Positions 18,081-28,369 of a stretch of 32,000 nucleotides of DNA are shown here, in pieces. The stretch covers positions 330,001 to 362,000 of the forward strand of contig BX248583.1 in the NCBI GenBank assembly GCA_000043285.1, read 5' to 3'. The translations under genes were made by a program, and so were the position numbers. The notes under the pieces were generated by a model. That model saw nothing but the letters and a program-made list of their open reading frames with translations, did not search any database and had not been told where the DNA came from. Within the stretch, counting starts at the first letter, position 1. Every line of letters starts with the position of its first letter. The DNA comes from Candidatus Blochmanniella floridana (GTDB lineage Bacteria; Pseudomonadota; Gammaproteobacteria; Enterobacterales; Enterobacteriaceae).

Positions 18081-19664
18081 TTATTTATTTTTTTTAAAAA
18101 ATGTAAAAATTTTAAATAACTGATTTTTTTGAATATAAATTATAAATATACAAATTAATATGCTAATTATTAATAACCACCAAGATCCAAACTGAGCATA
18201 TGGAGTAAAACCTGTAGTGGGACTAATGTTAGTAATCAAAGTTGTAGATATAAATTGGGAAAGTTGAGATTGGATAGATCCATCAGCATTAATAATAGCA
18301 GTAACCCCATTGTTAGTGCAAAATAATATAGGTCTCCCTAGCTCTAAAGCGCGCATTCGAGCAATTTGTAAATGTTGCCATGGTCCTATAGAACATCCAA
18401 ACCATACATCATTAGCAAGGGTTAATAAAAAATCACTATCTAATTTAAAATTATCACGTATTTGGTTTCCTAAAATTATTTCATAACAAATAGAAGCTGT
18501 CATTTTTATAGGATATACATTTAATTGTGATTGTATATAAGGACCTGATTTCATAAAAGCAATAGGTATATTGAAAAATCGAAATACTGGTTCAAATAAG
18601 CATTGTAATGGAAATCTTTCAGAGCATAAAACCAAATGATGTTTATCATATCTGTTGGAACTAGGGTATTTATATGGATCATGAGTATTGCCTAATACTA
18701 TTATGCTATTATAATGATGGTAATAACTATTATTAATCAATCTAGAATCAATTATACCAGTGATTAAATATGTATGATGTTTTCTTAATTGATAATCTAA
18801 TGATACTAAAAGTTCATTATGTGCTAACTCATTACCGGGAATAGCAGATTCAGGCCATATAATAATCTTTACTTTTCCTAACAGAGGTAAGGTATGTTGT
18901 AAATATATTTTTAAAGTTTTTTGGATATTTTCTGTATTCCAGTATAAATGTTGATTGATATTACCTTGTACTAATGCAATAGTAGTCATACGTTGAGGTT
19001 GTACCTGATACCATTGTATCCATGATAATGGATACAAGCATGCTAATATTATTAAAGATATATAATATGGCGATGGTTGTACTGTCCGTATAGATAACGC
19101 TAGTAAACTACTAATTAAAACTAAACAAAATGTGATCCCTTCTACTCCTAAAAGTGGACCAATACCACGTATTGGTCCACTGATTTGGCTATAACCAAAT
19201 TGTAACCAGGGGAATCCAATAAATTCATTTCCTCTTAAACGATCTATAATTAACCATAATGTTGCTGCAGTAATACTTAAAAAACTCCATTGAGTTATAA
19301 ATAATCTTAATGTAACAAGTATAATAGAAAATAGGACAGAGTAACAAGTTAAGTAAATGATCAAAAAAGCAATTAAAAAAAAATTCATATTCTTATGCGT
19401 AGGAATAAATTGATCAATACCTATATAAATCCAATGTAATCCAACACTAAAAAATCCTATACCCCAAAATAGTGTATTCCATATAATTTGTTTCCATGTT
19501 ATATTACTTAAAATAATAATTAACAAACCAGTTATAGAAATAATACTAAGCGGCCAAAAATCATATGGAGAAAATGCGAATACCCCGCATATACCAAATG
19601 TTAGTGATAATATTAATTGAAAAAAATATTTAGCTTTAGATATAAACATTAAAATACAAAACAT
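18081..19664 (-). CDS. lnt: Apolipoprotein N-acyltransferase
   Basis: [28 protein letters not shown] (catalytic Glu), YDKHHLV (Lys), SICYEII (Cys) and [17 protein letters not shown]. Collinear with E. coli Lnt. Confidence 0.93.
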
Positions 19665-19685
19665 ATGTTATGCATAGAAAAAATT

Positions 19686-20561
19686 TTATTTATTAGATGT
19701 AACATGTTCATTTTTTGGGATTTGTACTAATAGTTGAATGATACGATGATTATCAGTAACTGTGATTTTAAAAATATATCCCGAAATGTCAATAGATTCT
19801 CCTCTAGCAGGTAAATGACCAAAAGTTTGCATAACAAATCCTCCTATAGTATCTATTTCTTCATTGTAAAAGTTTGTATTAAATTTTATATTGAATTCTT
19901 CAACAGGAGTTAATGCATTTATCAAAAAAGTACGATGATTTACTTGATAGATATTGCAATCGTTTTTATTGTCATATTCATCTTCAATATTACCTACAAT
20001 CAATTCTAATATATCTTCAATAGTAATGATTCCAGACATACTGCCAAATTCATCAATAACAATTGCCATATGACAATGCTGTGCTCGAAATTCTTTCAGC
20101 ATTCTATCAACTCCTTTATTTTCTGGAACTACCATCGCTGGTCTTAAAATTTGTCCGATATTATAAGGTTGATTTTTTTTTAATATCAATGGCAATAAAT
20201 CTTTTGCGATTAAAATTCCTTTAATTTGATCTAAATCTTCATTTAACACAGGAAATCTAGAATGAGAAGATTGAATTATAATAGATAATTGTTCATCCCA
20301 AGATTGTGTATTTTTTAAAAAAATAATTTGAGATCTAGGAATCATAATATCTCTTACTTTTTGTTCGACAATTTCTAAAACTCCTTCTAACATATCTTTG
20401 GTGTCAGAATCTATTAATGCGTTTTTTTCAAAATCACGTATTAAATTTAATAAATCATTTCGATTTCTAAAATTTTCTCGAAATAGATGTTTCAATATTA
20501 AAGCAAAAAAATTTTTTTTTCGGACCGAATGAATACTTTCCTCCAAATAATTATTATTCAT
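19686..20561 (-). CDS. corC: Mg/Co efflux-associated CBS-domain protein CorC (YbeX)
   Basis: DMLEGVLEIVEQKVRDIMIPRSQI, HMAIVIDEFGSMSGIITIEDILELIVGNIEDEYD and DTIGGFVMQTFGHLPARGE. Near-identical architecture to E. coli CorC (292 aa). Confidence 0.93.
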   Translation of the reverse strand: MNNNYLEESIHSVRKKNFFALILKHLFRENFRNRNDLLNLIRDFEKNALIDSDTKDMLEGVLEIVEQKVRDIMIPRSQIIFLKNTQSWDEQLSIIIQSSHSRFPVLNEDLDQIKGILIAKDLLPLILKKNQPYNIGQILRPAMVVPENKGVDRMLKEFRAQHCHMAIVIDEFGSMSGIITIEDILELIVGNIEDEYDNKNDCNIYQVNHRTFLINALTPVEEFNIKFNTNFYNEEIDTIGGFVMQTFGHLPARGESIDISGYIFKITVTDNHRIIQLLVQIPKNEHVTSNK

Positions 20562-20602
20562 AATATTTATATATAATCATATAGGTAATTTAAAAAATTA
20601 TA

Positions 20603-21064
20603 CTAAAGAAAACAACATGTTTTATATCCAAGTGTACGAATTATATTTAGTTCCATTGCGTTCATTAATTCAGCATCTTCATCACATATATGATCATAAC
20701 CTAATAAATGTAATGATCCATGGATAATCATATGGGCCCAATGAACATCAGAGAATATATTATTTTTTCTATTTTCATATTCTATAATTTGTTTACAAAT
20801 TACTATGTCTCCTAATAATGAAGTTTGTATCTCTGATGGCGGCTCAAAAGGAAAAGATAAAACATTAGTTGGATATTTTTTACCTAAATAATACCAATTT
20901 AAATATAACATCTCTTGAATATCTACTATGCGAATAGTTAATTCTATTTTTTTTTTAGATGAAAAAAATATTTTTTTTATCCATAATTTAATTTTATTAT
21001 TAGCAGGTATTCCTTGTGTATTTGCACATACTAATTGTAGATTGAGAATCACTCTGCTTACCAT
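20603..21064 (-). CDS. ybeY: Endoribonuclease YbeY (16S rRNA 3'-end maturation)
   Basis: PTNVLSFPFE and the zinc motif HGSLHLLGYDH. 153 aa versus 155 in E. coli. Syntenic between ybeZ and corC. Confidence 0.94.
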   Translation of the reverse strand: MVSRVILNLQLVCANTQGIPANNKIKLWIKKIFFSSKKKIELTIRIVDIQEMLYLNWYYLGKKYPTNVLSFPFEPPSEIQTSLLGDIVICKQIIEYENRKNNIFSDVHWAHMIIHGSLHLLGYDHICDEDAELMNAMELNIIRTLGYKTCCFL

Positions 21065-21160
21065 AATTGATAGTTCCTTACATTAATATTATACATTAAT
21101 AATTTTGTTGAGTATTTTTTAAATTTATTTTTATTATTATGTATTATTAATTATATATAC

Positions 21161-22168
21161 TTACATTTTATTCCATGTTTCGTAAGCATTTATAATCTGA
21201 GTTACTATTTTATGACGTACTGAATCTTCTTTATTAAAAAAAATTAAACTGATATCTTTAATAGCAGATAATATTTTAATAGCATGAGCTAATCCAGATT
21301 CGTGAGGTGATGGTAAATCAACTTGAGTAATATCTCCAGTAACGATGATTTTAGAATTGAATCCAATACGTGTTAAAAACATCTTCATTTGAATAATAGT
21401 TGCATTTTGGCTTTCATCTAAAATAATAACAGAATTATTTAACGTACGACCTCTCATATAAGCTAAAGGAATTACTTCAATTGTATTTTTTTGAATTAAT
21501 TGTTCCATTTGTTTATATCCTAATATATTATGTAAAGCATCATATAATGGACGCATATAAGGATCAGTTTTTTGATTAAAATCACCAGGTAAAAATCCTA
21601 ATTTTTCTCCTGCTTCAATAGCAGGACGACTTAAAATAATGCGTTGTATTTTTTGACGTTCTAACAAATCTATAGCTGTAGCTATAGCTAAATATGTTTT
21701 ACCTGTACCTGAAGGCCCTATACCAAACGTAATATCATAATTAAAAATATTGGTAATATATTTTGATTGATTTAATGTACGTGATTTAATTGTTCTATGT
21801 TTTAAATTAATAAATATTTGTGATGAAGGAATAGAGTTATTTTGAATATTTTGTGAGATATTAGATGTAAACATTGATTCTTGAATACTCTTAATAGTCA
21901 AAGAAACGTATTCCGGATTGATATTATTGTTCATTATTCCATGTATAGATTCTGTATCTGCATATAAAGTTGCTAGTGTTTTAACAGCAACATCTATTAC
22001 AAAAAGTGATAATCCAGTTATTTTGAAAAGATTATTACGTCTATTAATAGTAATACTTAATTGATTTTCAAGTTGTTTTAAATTATCATCACAAGGACCG
22101 CATAGAATAGCTAATCGTTTATTATTTATTGGTTGTAGTATGATTTTTTTGCTCTTTTTTGCATTCAA
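21161..22168 (-). CDS. ybeZ: PhoH-like ATPase YbeZ
   Basis: Walker A GPSGTGKTYLA, EKLGFLPGD, PLAYMRGRTLN, IILDESQN and MKMFLTRIGFNSKIIVTGDITQVDLP. The start is TTG at 22166-22168, supported by a strong SD (see the next feature). Confidence 0.92.
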   Translation of the reverse strand: MNAKKSKKIILQPINNKRLAILCGPCDDNLKQLENQLSITINRRNNLFKITGLSLFVIDVAVKTLATLYADTESIHGIMNNNINPEYVSLTIKSIQESMFTSNISQNIQNNSIPSSQIFINLKHRTIKSRTLNQSKYITNIFNYDITFGIGPSGTGKTYLAIATAIDLLERQKIQRIILSRPAIEAGEKLGFLPGDFNQKTDPYMRPLYDALHNILGYKQMEQLIQKNTIEVIPLAYMRGRTLNNSVIILDESQNATIIQMKMFLTRIGFNSKIIVTGDITQVDLPSPHESGLAHAIKILSAIKDISLIFFNKEDSVRHKIVTQIINAYETWNKM

Positions 22169-22175
22169 ATAATAT

Positions 22176-22181
22176 CTCCTT
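22176..22181 (-). promoter_or_regulatory. Shine-Dalgarno AAGGAG for ybeZ
   Basis: The minus strand reads AAGGAG-atattat-TTG, a canonical SD 7 nt upstream of the TTG start. A G-rich hexamer is conspicuous in this AT-rich spacer. Confidence 0.6.
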
Positions 22182-22517
22182 TATAATTAACCATAAATCA
22201 TGTACGCTTGATATATTTAATAATTTAAATTTTATATTTATAACATTAATATATTACAAATTTAAGTTAAATTATTTGAATTTGATTGTAAAATTAAACA
22301 ATAATTATGTATTGTTATTTAACTATATAAAAATAATAAATCAATTATTTTGTGATAAAAATGTGTTTTATTATTTTAATTATATGAACGTTAAATTTAC
22401 TAAAATTTAGATATAATAATATTATATTTTATGATCCTTATATAATGATATTATGACAATTTATTTAGTTATATATTGAGTATTTATAGTTAAATAATAT
22501 TATGTATATTAAATATT

Positions 22518-23711
22518 ATGAATAAATTATTTTGTGAAGTATTAATATTTGGAGCTGGTATTGTGGGTTCATCTTTAGCTTTAAGTTTAGCTAAATCTGG
22601 AATCAAAGTAATTATAACAGATAATAAACAATTTGATATAACCATGAATAATAGTATTTTACCAAATATAAGAGTTTCTGCAATTAATTATGCTTCAGTA
22701 AGATTTTTTAAAAATATTAAGATCTGGAACAATATACCTTCTAAATTTTGTACATCATATTGTCATTTAAAGGCGTGGGAGTGGCCATCAGCAACGCTAA
22801 CTTTTCATTCTAAATCTGTAGGATTATCAGAAATGGGATATATTGTAGAAAATAATCGTTTAAAATTAGCTTTGTGGCAAGGTATAGAAGATGTTTCTAC
22901 AATAACATTTTTTTGTCCATCCAAATTAATTTCTTTAGAATATGATGGTACATATTGGAAATGCTTGCTTAGTAATAGTATTGTAATAAATAGCCGTTTA
23001 TTAATTGGAGCTGATGGTATTGATTCTAAGATTCGTACGATATTGGGAATTAATATTACAGAATGGAAATATAATCAATGTTGTATGTTAATAACTACAA
23101 AAACTATCACACAGAAATGGAAAAAATGTAATGAAACTATCTGGCAAGTTTTTACCCCACAAGGTCCTATAGGATTTTTACCTTTACATGATAACTGGGG
23201 TTCATTAATGTGGTTTGGATCCAATGAATACATTCAAAGGTTACAAAAATTACCACAATCAGCATTAGAAGCAAAAATTAACCATTGTTTTTATAAACAA
23301 TTAGGTAAAATTAAATTATGTAATACATTTGTAGTGCCTTTAATTCATAGATGTGCTCAACGTTATATAGCTGCAGGAGGAGCTTTAGTAGGAGATGCGG
23401 CGCATACTATTCATCCACTAGCCGGTCAAGGATTAAATTTAGGTATCCGAGATGTTCTAAGTTTATCTAAATTATTATCCAACAGCTTTGATTTTAGTCA
23501 AAATATTATTAATTTAGATAGAGTATTATTTTCTTATCAAAGTAACCGACAATTTGACATTAATATTATGAAATCTAGTATAGATTTCATATATTTTATT
23601 TTTCATAATAACTTATTACCACTTAAAATAACACGTAATATTGCTTTCATGGCAATAGAACGATTTTCTTATATAAAAAGAAAAATTTTACAATATGCTA
23701 TGGGAGTATAG
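22518..23711 (+). CDS. ubiF: FAD-dependent ubiquinone biosynthesis hydroxylase (UbiF type)
   Basis: FAD fold GAGIVGSSLAL, GADGIDSKIR and VGDAAHTIHPLAGQGLNLGIRD. The internal block AWEWPSATLTFHS..MGYIVENNRLKLALWQ resembles E. coli UbiF (TWEWETAHVVFDA..LGYMVENTVLQQALWQ) more than UbiH. The syntenic position next to the metT tRNA operon also supports UbiF. Confidence 0.87.
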   Translation: MNKLFCEVLIFGAGIVGSSLALSLAKSGIKVIITDNKQFDITMNNSILPNIRVSAINYASVRFFKNIKIWNNIPSKFCTSYCHLKAWEWPSATLTFHSKSVGLSEMGYIVENNRLKLALWQGIEDVSTITFFCPSKLISLEYDGTYWKCLLSNSIVINSRLLIGADGIDSKIRTILGINITEWKYNQCCMLITTKTITQKWKKCNETIWQVFTPQGPIGFLPLHDNWGSLMWFGSNEYIQRLQKLPQSALEAKINHCFYKQLGKIKLCNTFVVPLIHRCAQRYIAAGGALVGDAAHTIHPLAGQGLNLGIRDVLSLSKLLSNSFDFSQNIINLDRVLFSYQSNRQFDINIMKSSIDFIYFIFHNNLLPLKITRNIAFMAIERFSYIKRKILQYAMGV

Positions 23712-23835
23712 TTTTTAGTAAATTATAAATACTGTACATACATAAATTATGGAATTATTTATTATCGTGTGATCTTTTAAAAAATTGTTATTATATATCG
23801 ATTTTTTACTTTTATTAAAATAATTAAAAATGTAA

Positions 23836-23907
23836 CTGGGGTACCAGGATTCGAACCTGGGAGTGGCGGGATCAAAACCCGCTGCCTTACCGCTTGGCTA
23901 TACCCCA
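23836..23907 (-). tRNA. glnU: tRNA-Gln (anticodon UUG)
   Basis: The minus strand reads TGGGGTATAGCCAAGCGGTAAGGCAGCGGGTTTTGATCCCGCCACTCCCAGGTTCGAATCCTGGTACCCCAG, nearly identical to E. coli tRNA-Gln(UUG). Anticodon loop is TT-TTG-AT. No encoded CCA. It is the third gene of a Met-Leu-Gln cluster, as in E. coli metT-leuW-glnU. Confidence 0.93.
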
Positions 23908-23959
23908 ATAATTATACAATTACTTTTTTTAAAAAAATTATAATTTAAAAAACTTATGA

Positions 23960-24041
23960 TACGGGAGGCGAGATTTGAACTCGCATATCTAAGGATATCA
24001 GACTCTAACTCTGACGCGTCTACCTATTTCGCCACTCCCGT
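23960..24041 (-). tRNA. leuW: tRNA-Leu (anticodon UAG), long variable arm
   Basis: The minus strand reads ACGGGAGTGGCGAAATAGGTAGACGCGTCAGAGTTAGAGTCTGA...GCGAGTTCAAATCTCGCCTCCCGTA, matching E. coli leuW in the D and T arms. Anticodon loop is GT-TAG-AG. Length is 82 nt without CCA. No encoded CCA. Confidence 0.92.
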
Positions 24042-24096
24042 GTTTACTTATTATGTAATAATCATGATAATATGATTATATTTAGTTATTATAAAA

Positions 24097-24170
<74 letters not shown>

Positions 24171-24335
24171 ATCCATTATATATTACATTCATATATCTTA
24201 CTATATAATAATTTTTTAAAAAATTATATATATATTATATCTATACAGATCAATATATCTATATACGTTTATTTATAAAAGTTTATAGAATATATAATAT
24301 ACGATAATGCATGGGAATATTCAATTCTAATATAT

Positions 24336-24374
24336 GAATTATATACACTATATATTATATAGTGTATATAATTC
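24336..24374. repeat. Perfect 39-nt palindrome (19-bp arms, 1-nt centre) straddling the nagA stop codon; candidate 3' stem-loop or terminator
   Basis: GAATTATATACACTATATA-T-TATATAGTGTATATAATTC; all 19 arm pairs were verified by hand. The right arm encodes the last five nagA codons (IIYTI). The stop codon sits at the apex (24355-24357). The left arm is the first 19 nt downstream of nagA. Confidence 0.7.
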
Positions 24375-25509
24375 CATTAACAATAGTTTTTTTCACTTGA
24401 AATTGAGAATTAAAAGCAGTTAAATTAGCAACTTTATTGATTTCTAAACTACCTAGATAATGATGAGCCCCAATAGCTTGAGCAGGATATAAAGTTGCCA
24501 TGCGTAATGCTTCATCTAAAGGAATATGAGCATATTCTACTATATTTTGTATTGACCTAATCATAGTTAAATTTGACCCAGCAAGTGTGCCATGTTTATT
24601 TATACATGTATTATTATGATGGAATATAGTTTCTCCAGCAAAAATAAAATTAGTAATTTGATCCGATGGTAATCCAGATGGACTTGTTCCATCAGTAATT
24701 AAAATTAAGTGCTTTTCTTTAATTTTTTTCGAATATTTTATATTGGACCAATGTACATGTATTCCATCAGCTATTATACTACAATAGATATGATAAGAAT
24801 CGAAAATCGCTCCAATAACTCCAGGTTCACGTGCAGTTAATGCAGGCATTGCATTAAATAAATGTGTCCCGAATGTTACTCCTGCCAAAAAACCTAATTT
24901 TGTTTCTTGATATGTAGCATTAGAATGCCCCACAGATATACAAATACCAGATTCTTTCAATTTTTCAATAACGATCATATCTAATAATTCTGGTGCAAGA
25001 GTAATTTTTTTTATAATATCACTATTTTTACATAGATAATGTATCATTTTTTTTGTTGGGGTACGTATTAATGAAGCATTATGTATTCCTTTTTTTTTGA
25101 TATTAATAAACGGACCTTCTAAATGTAAACCTAATACCTGATTTTGATTATGTTTTAAAAAAATACGCACTGATTCCACTGCTTTTTGTATTAAAACGTC
25201 ATGACTAGTAATTAAGGTAGGAAGAAAATTAGTACATCCAAAACAACGATTGGTATTATTCATATTTTCTAATGTCTGAACAGTAATTGATTCAATGTTA
25301 TCATTAAATTGAACCCCACCACAACCGTTCAGTTGTAAATCTATAAATCCAGGAGATAAAATTAATCCAGATAAATCATACGTTTTTATATATAAAGGCA
25401 ATTCATTTAATGGATGAATTGCCTTTATATATCCATCATCTACTATCAGTACATGATGATCTAAAATATCATAACCAGTATACATTCTACTATTAATTAA
25501 AGCATACAT
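24355..25509 (-). CDS. nagA: N-acetylglucosamine-6-phosphate deacetylase
   Basis: MYAL..SPGFIDLQLNGCGGVQFND, LGLHLEGPF, GHSNAT, THLFNAMP, REPGVIGA, IADGIHV and GTLAGSNLTM. Collinear with E. coli NagA (382 aa). Confidence 0.95.
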   Translation of the reverse strand: MYALINSRMYTGYDILDHHVLIVDDGYIKAIHPLNELPLYIKTYDLSGLILSPGFIDLQLNGCGGVQFNDNIESITVQTLENMNNTNRCFGCTNFLPTLITSHDVLIQKAVESVRIFLKHNQNQVLGLHLEGPFINIKKKGIHNASLIRTPTKKMIHYLCKNSDIIKKITLAPELLDMIVIEKLKESGICISVGHSNATYQETKLGFLAGVTFGTHLFNAMPALTAREPGVIGAIFDSYHIYCSIIADGIHVHWSNIKYSKKIKEKHLILITDGTSPSGLPSDQITNFIFAGETIFHHNNTCINKHGTLAGSNLTMIRSIQNIVEYAHIPLDEALRMATLYPAQAIGAHHYLGSLEINKVANLTAFNSQFQVKKTIVNGIIYTI

Positions 25510-25523
25510 ATTTATTATAAAAA

Positions 25524-26327
25524 TTAATTAAAAATTTTGTTGTTATTAACTTCTAATTCTTGAAAATATTTAACAGTTTTTATTTTTAGTTCTACAGTAG
25601 ATAATTCATCGCATATTAATGTAGTCTTAGGATGAAATTGTAAGCAACTAATAGGCCATGTGTGATTTACACTGCCTTCGATAGCTGCTTGTACAGCAGC
25701 AGCTTTATCTTGGCCAGTTGCTATTATAATGATTTCTTGAGATTCCAATAATGTAGCCAATCCAATGGTTAATGCAAACTTTGGAACAGCTTCGATTTTA
25801 TAACTAAAAAATCTAGCATTAGATAACCGAGTCTCTCTACTCAAATTTTTAACACGTGTTCTTGAATTAAAAGATGAACCAGGTTCATTAAAAGCAACAT
25901 GCCCATCTTTTCCAACTCCACCTATAAATAAATGAATATTACCATAAGATTTAATTTTTTTTTCATATCTTTCACATTCATAATTTAAGTCTGTAACGTT
26001 TCCATTCAAAAAATTGACATTTTCCTGTGCAATATCAATATGATCAATAAAATTATCGTGCAGAAATTTACAATAACTTGTAGGATCATCAGAAGATATT
26101 CCGATATATTCATCCATAGTAAATATAACAACATATTTAAAACTTACTTGACCATCTTGATATAATTTTATTAAATTCTTGTAAGTTTTTATAGGAGAGC
26201 TTCCTGTAGGTAAGCCTAATAGAAATGGTCTAGAAATAGTAGGTTTGAAAGAATTAATTTTCCAAATGATGTAACCTGATACCCACTGTGCAACTTGATC
26301 AGTATTATCTAAAAATACTACTTTCAT
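25524..26327 (-). CDS. nagB: Glucosamine-6-phosphate deaminase
   Basis: [36 protein letters not shown] and [13 protein letters not shown]. 267 aa versus 266 in E. coli. Directly upstream of nagA, as in the E. coli nagBA operon. Confidence 0.95.
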
Positions 26328-26592
26328 ATAAAAGATCCCAATTTATATTTGATTATAACATATAATTAACAAAAAAATTGCATATTACTAACAATCTATA
26401 TATTATTTTATAATTAAAAATTGCTTAATATTTAAATATTACTTTTTAGCATCTATTATATTGACATATTTTTATTTATATATAAATTTTACTGAAAATT
26501 ATTATAAAAAATATTTATAATGATATTCTAACAAATATATACTATATATAATGTAATTATATAAATTGAAAAATATGTGAGTTGAATTAATC

Positions 26593-28263
26593 GTGGATAA
26601 TAAATCAAATTTTATATATAATATAATTAATCAGGATCTAAATTTTAAAAAATATACCATAATACATACACGTTTTCCTCCTGAACCTAATGGATATTTA
26701 CATATTGGTCATGTTAAATCTATTTATCTAAATTTTAATATCGCCAAATATTATCATGGTAAATGTAACTTACGGTTTGATGATACTAATCCAGATAAAG
26801 AAAGTAAAGAATATGTAGAAGCTATTAAATCAGACATTCAATGGCTTGGTTTTATGTGGAATGGTGAAGTGTGTTATGTTTCTGATTATTTTGAACAATT
26901 ATATAATTATGCTGTTGAACTTATCCAAAAAGGTCTAGCATATGTAGATGAATTATCTATATATGCTATTCGAGAATATCGCGGTACATTAAAAAAATCT
27001 GGCCAAAATAGTCCATATCGTTCTCGTAGTATTAAAGACAATTTATTTTTTTTCTCTAAAATGCGAAATGGTGAATTTCCAGAAGGAAGTGTATGTTTGC
27101 GAGCCAAAATTAATATGTCCGATTCTTCTATGATTATGAGGGATCCAGTATTATATCGAATTAAATATACCACTCATCATCGTGTAGGCAAAAGTTGGTG
27201 CATTTATCCGACTTATGATTTTAGTCATTGTATTTCTGATGCTATAGAAGGTATTACTCATTCATTATGTACATTAGAATTTCAAGAAAATCGTCGTTTA
27301 TATAATTGGATATTAAAAAATATTAGTATTACTAAACATCCCATTCAATATGAATTTTCTAGATTAAATATAAAATATATTATTACCTCTAAACGTAAGT
27401 TAAATTTATTAGTTGTAAATAATATAGTGGATGGATGGGATGACCCAAGAATGCCTACTATTTCTGGATTAAGGCGTAGAGGTTATACAGCACGATCAAT
27501 TTGTGAATTTTGTAAACGTATTGGAATTAGTCGTCAAGATAGTTACATAGAATTATCAGAGTTAGAATCTTGTATTCGTGATGATTTGAACAAACACTCT
27601 TTAAGATTAATGGCTATAATTAACCCAATTATGGTTAAAATTATTAATTTACCTACAGGATATATAGAAAAAATTCCTATGCCTAATCATCCTAATGATT
27701 GCAGTATGGGAATACGTTATGTATTTTTTACGCAAGAAATTTTTATTGATCGATTTGATCTTGATCAATACTGTAAAAACAGTAGATTTCCTAAATTAAC
27801 GATAGGACGAGAAATACGTTTAAGGCATGCATATGTCATTAAAGTAGATCATTTTAAAAAAGATACCGAAGGAAACATTATTTCTGTTCATTGTTATTAT
27901 GATCCAACTACACTAAACAGAAAACCTATAGATGGTCGAAAAATACAAGGTGTTATACATTGGGTATCAGCTACAAAAAATATATCAGCTGAATTTCGAT
28001 TATATGATAAATTATTTATTCATCCTACTCCTGATATTGTTATAAACATATTAAACATCGTTAATCCTCGTTCTTTAGTTATTTCTCACGGGTTTGTTGA
28101 ATTAAATCCGATATTTTCAAATAATCCAGGTCCTTATCAATTTGAAAGAGAAGGTTATTTCATTCTAGACTATCAATATAGTAAACCAACTTATTTAGTG
28201 TTTAATAGAACTGTAACATTAAAGAAATCTAATAAATCTATTAGATTTATTAAGCCACAATAA
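26593..28263 (+). CDS. glnS: Glutamine--tRNA ligase
   Basis: [80 protein letters not shown] and FEREGYF. Collinear with E. coli GlnRS. The start is GTG at 26593, the first start codon after an in-frame TGA at 26578-26580. Confidence 0.95.
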   Translation: MDNKSNFIYNIINQDLNFKKYTIIHTRFPPEPNGYLHIGHVKSIYLNFNIAKYYHGKCNLRFDDTNPDKESKEYVEAIKSDIQWLGFMWNGEVCYVSDYFEQLYNYAVELIQKGLAYVDELSIYAIREYRGTLKKSGQNSPYRSRSIKDNLFFFSKMRNGEFPEGSVCLRAKINMSDSSMIMRDPVLYRIKYTTHHRVGKSWCIYPTYDFSHCISDAIEGITHSLCTLEFQENRRLYNWILKNISITKHPIQYEFSRLNIKYIITSKRKLNLLVVNNIVDGWDDPRMPTISGLRRRGYTARSICEFCKRIGISRQDSYIELSELESCIRDDLNKHSLRLMAIINPIMVKIINLPTGYIEKIPMPNHPNDCSMGIRYVFFTQEIFIDRFDLDQYCKNSRFPKLTIGREIRLRHAYVIKVDHFKKDTEGNIISVHCYYDPTTLNRKPIDGRKIQGVIHWVSATKNISAEFRLYDKLFIHPTPDIVINILNIVNPRSLVISHGFVELNPIFSNNPGPYQFEREGYFILDYQYSKPTYLVFNRTVTLKKSNKSIRFIKPQ

Positions 28264-28369
28264 ATATTTCAATATTTATTATGTAATTAATACAAAATAT
28301 TACCAAATAAAAATTAATTTTTAGTATTTTATTCTATTATATGATTATTCAAATAAATAATATAAATAA

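Noticed and set aside
22159-22410. 83-aa ORF (+) in the ybeZ-ubiF spacer, the slot where miaB sits in E. coli.
   Set aside because: The translation is an Asn/Ile/Phe/Lys-rich low-complexity string with no similarity to MiaB or anything else I recognise. It starts inside the ybeZ start and SD region on the opposite strand and has no RBS. It is most likely non-coding spacer.
22490-22520. dif-like or Xer-site resemblance (..ATTATGTATATTAAAT..) upstream of ubiF.
   Set aside because: Only the central TGTATA and a few flanking A/T positions match the E. coli dif consensus. Neither the XerC nor the XerD arm is present, and the locus is not terminus-like.
23924-23937. T7A7 (23924-23937) and T6A6 (within 24210-24225) self-complementary tracts flanking the tRNA genes. 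Also a 16-nt all-AT palindrome, TAAAAATTAATTTTTA, in the glnS-fldA convergent spacer (about 28307-28322).
   Set aside because: These are low-complexity A/T tracts that are palindromic by composition. The stems would be all A-U and very weak. I cannot distinguish them from chance in about 75% AT DNA. They may contribute to termination, but this is not supportable from sequence alone.
26593-26600. DnaA-box-like GTGGATAA (8/9 to TGTGGATAA) at the glnS start, and TTATCCAAA inside apt.
   Set aside because: These are single, isolated, imperfect boxes overlapping coding sequence. There is no cluster, no AT-rich 13-mers in an oriC-like arrangement, and the synteny is wrong for an origin.
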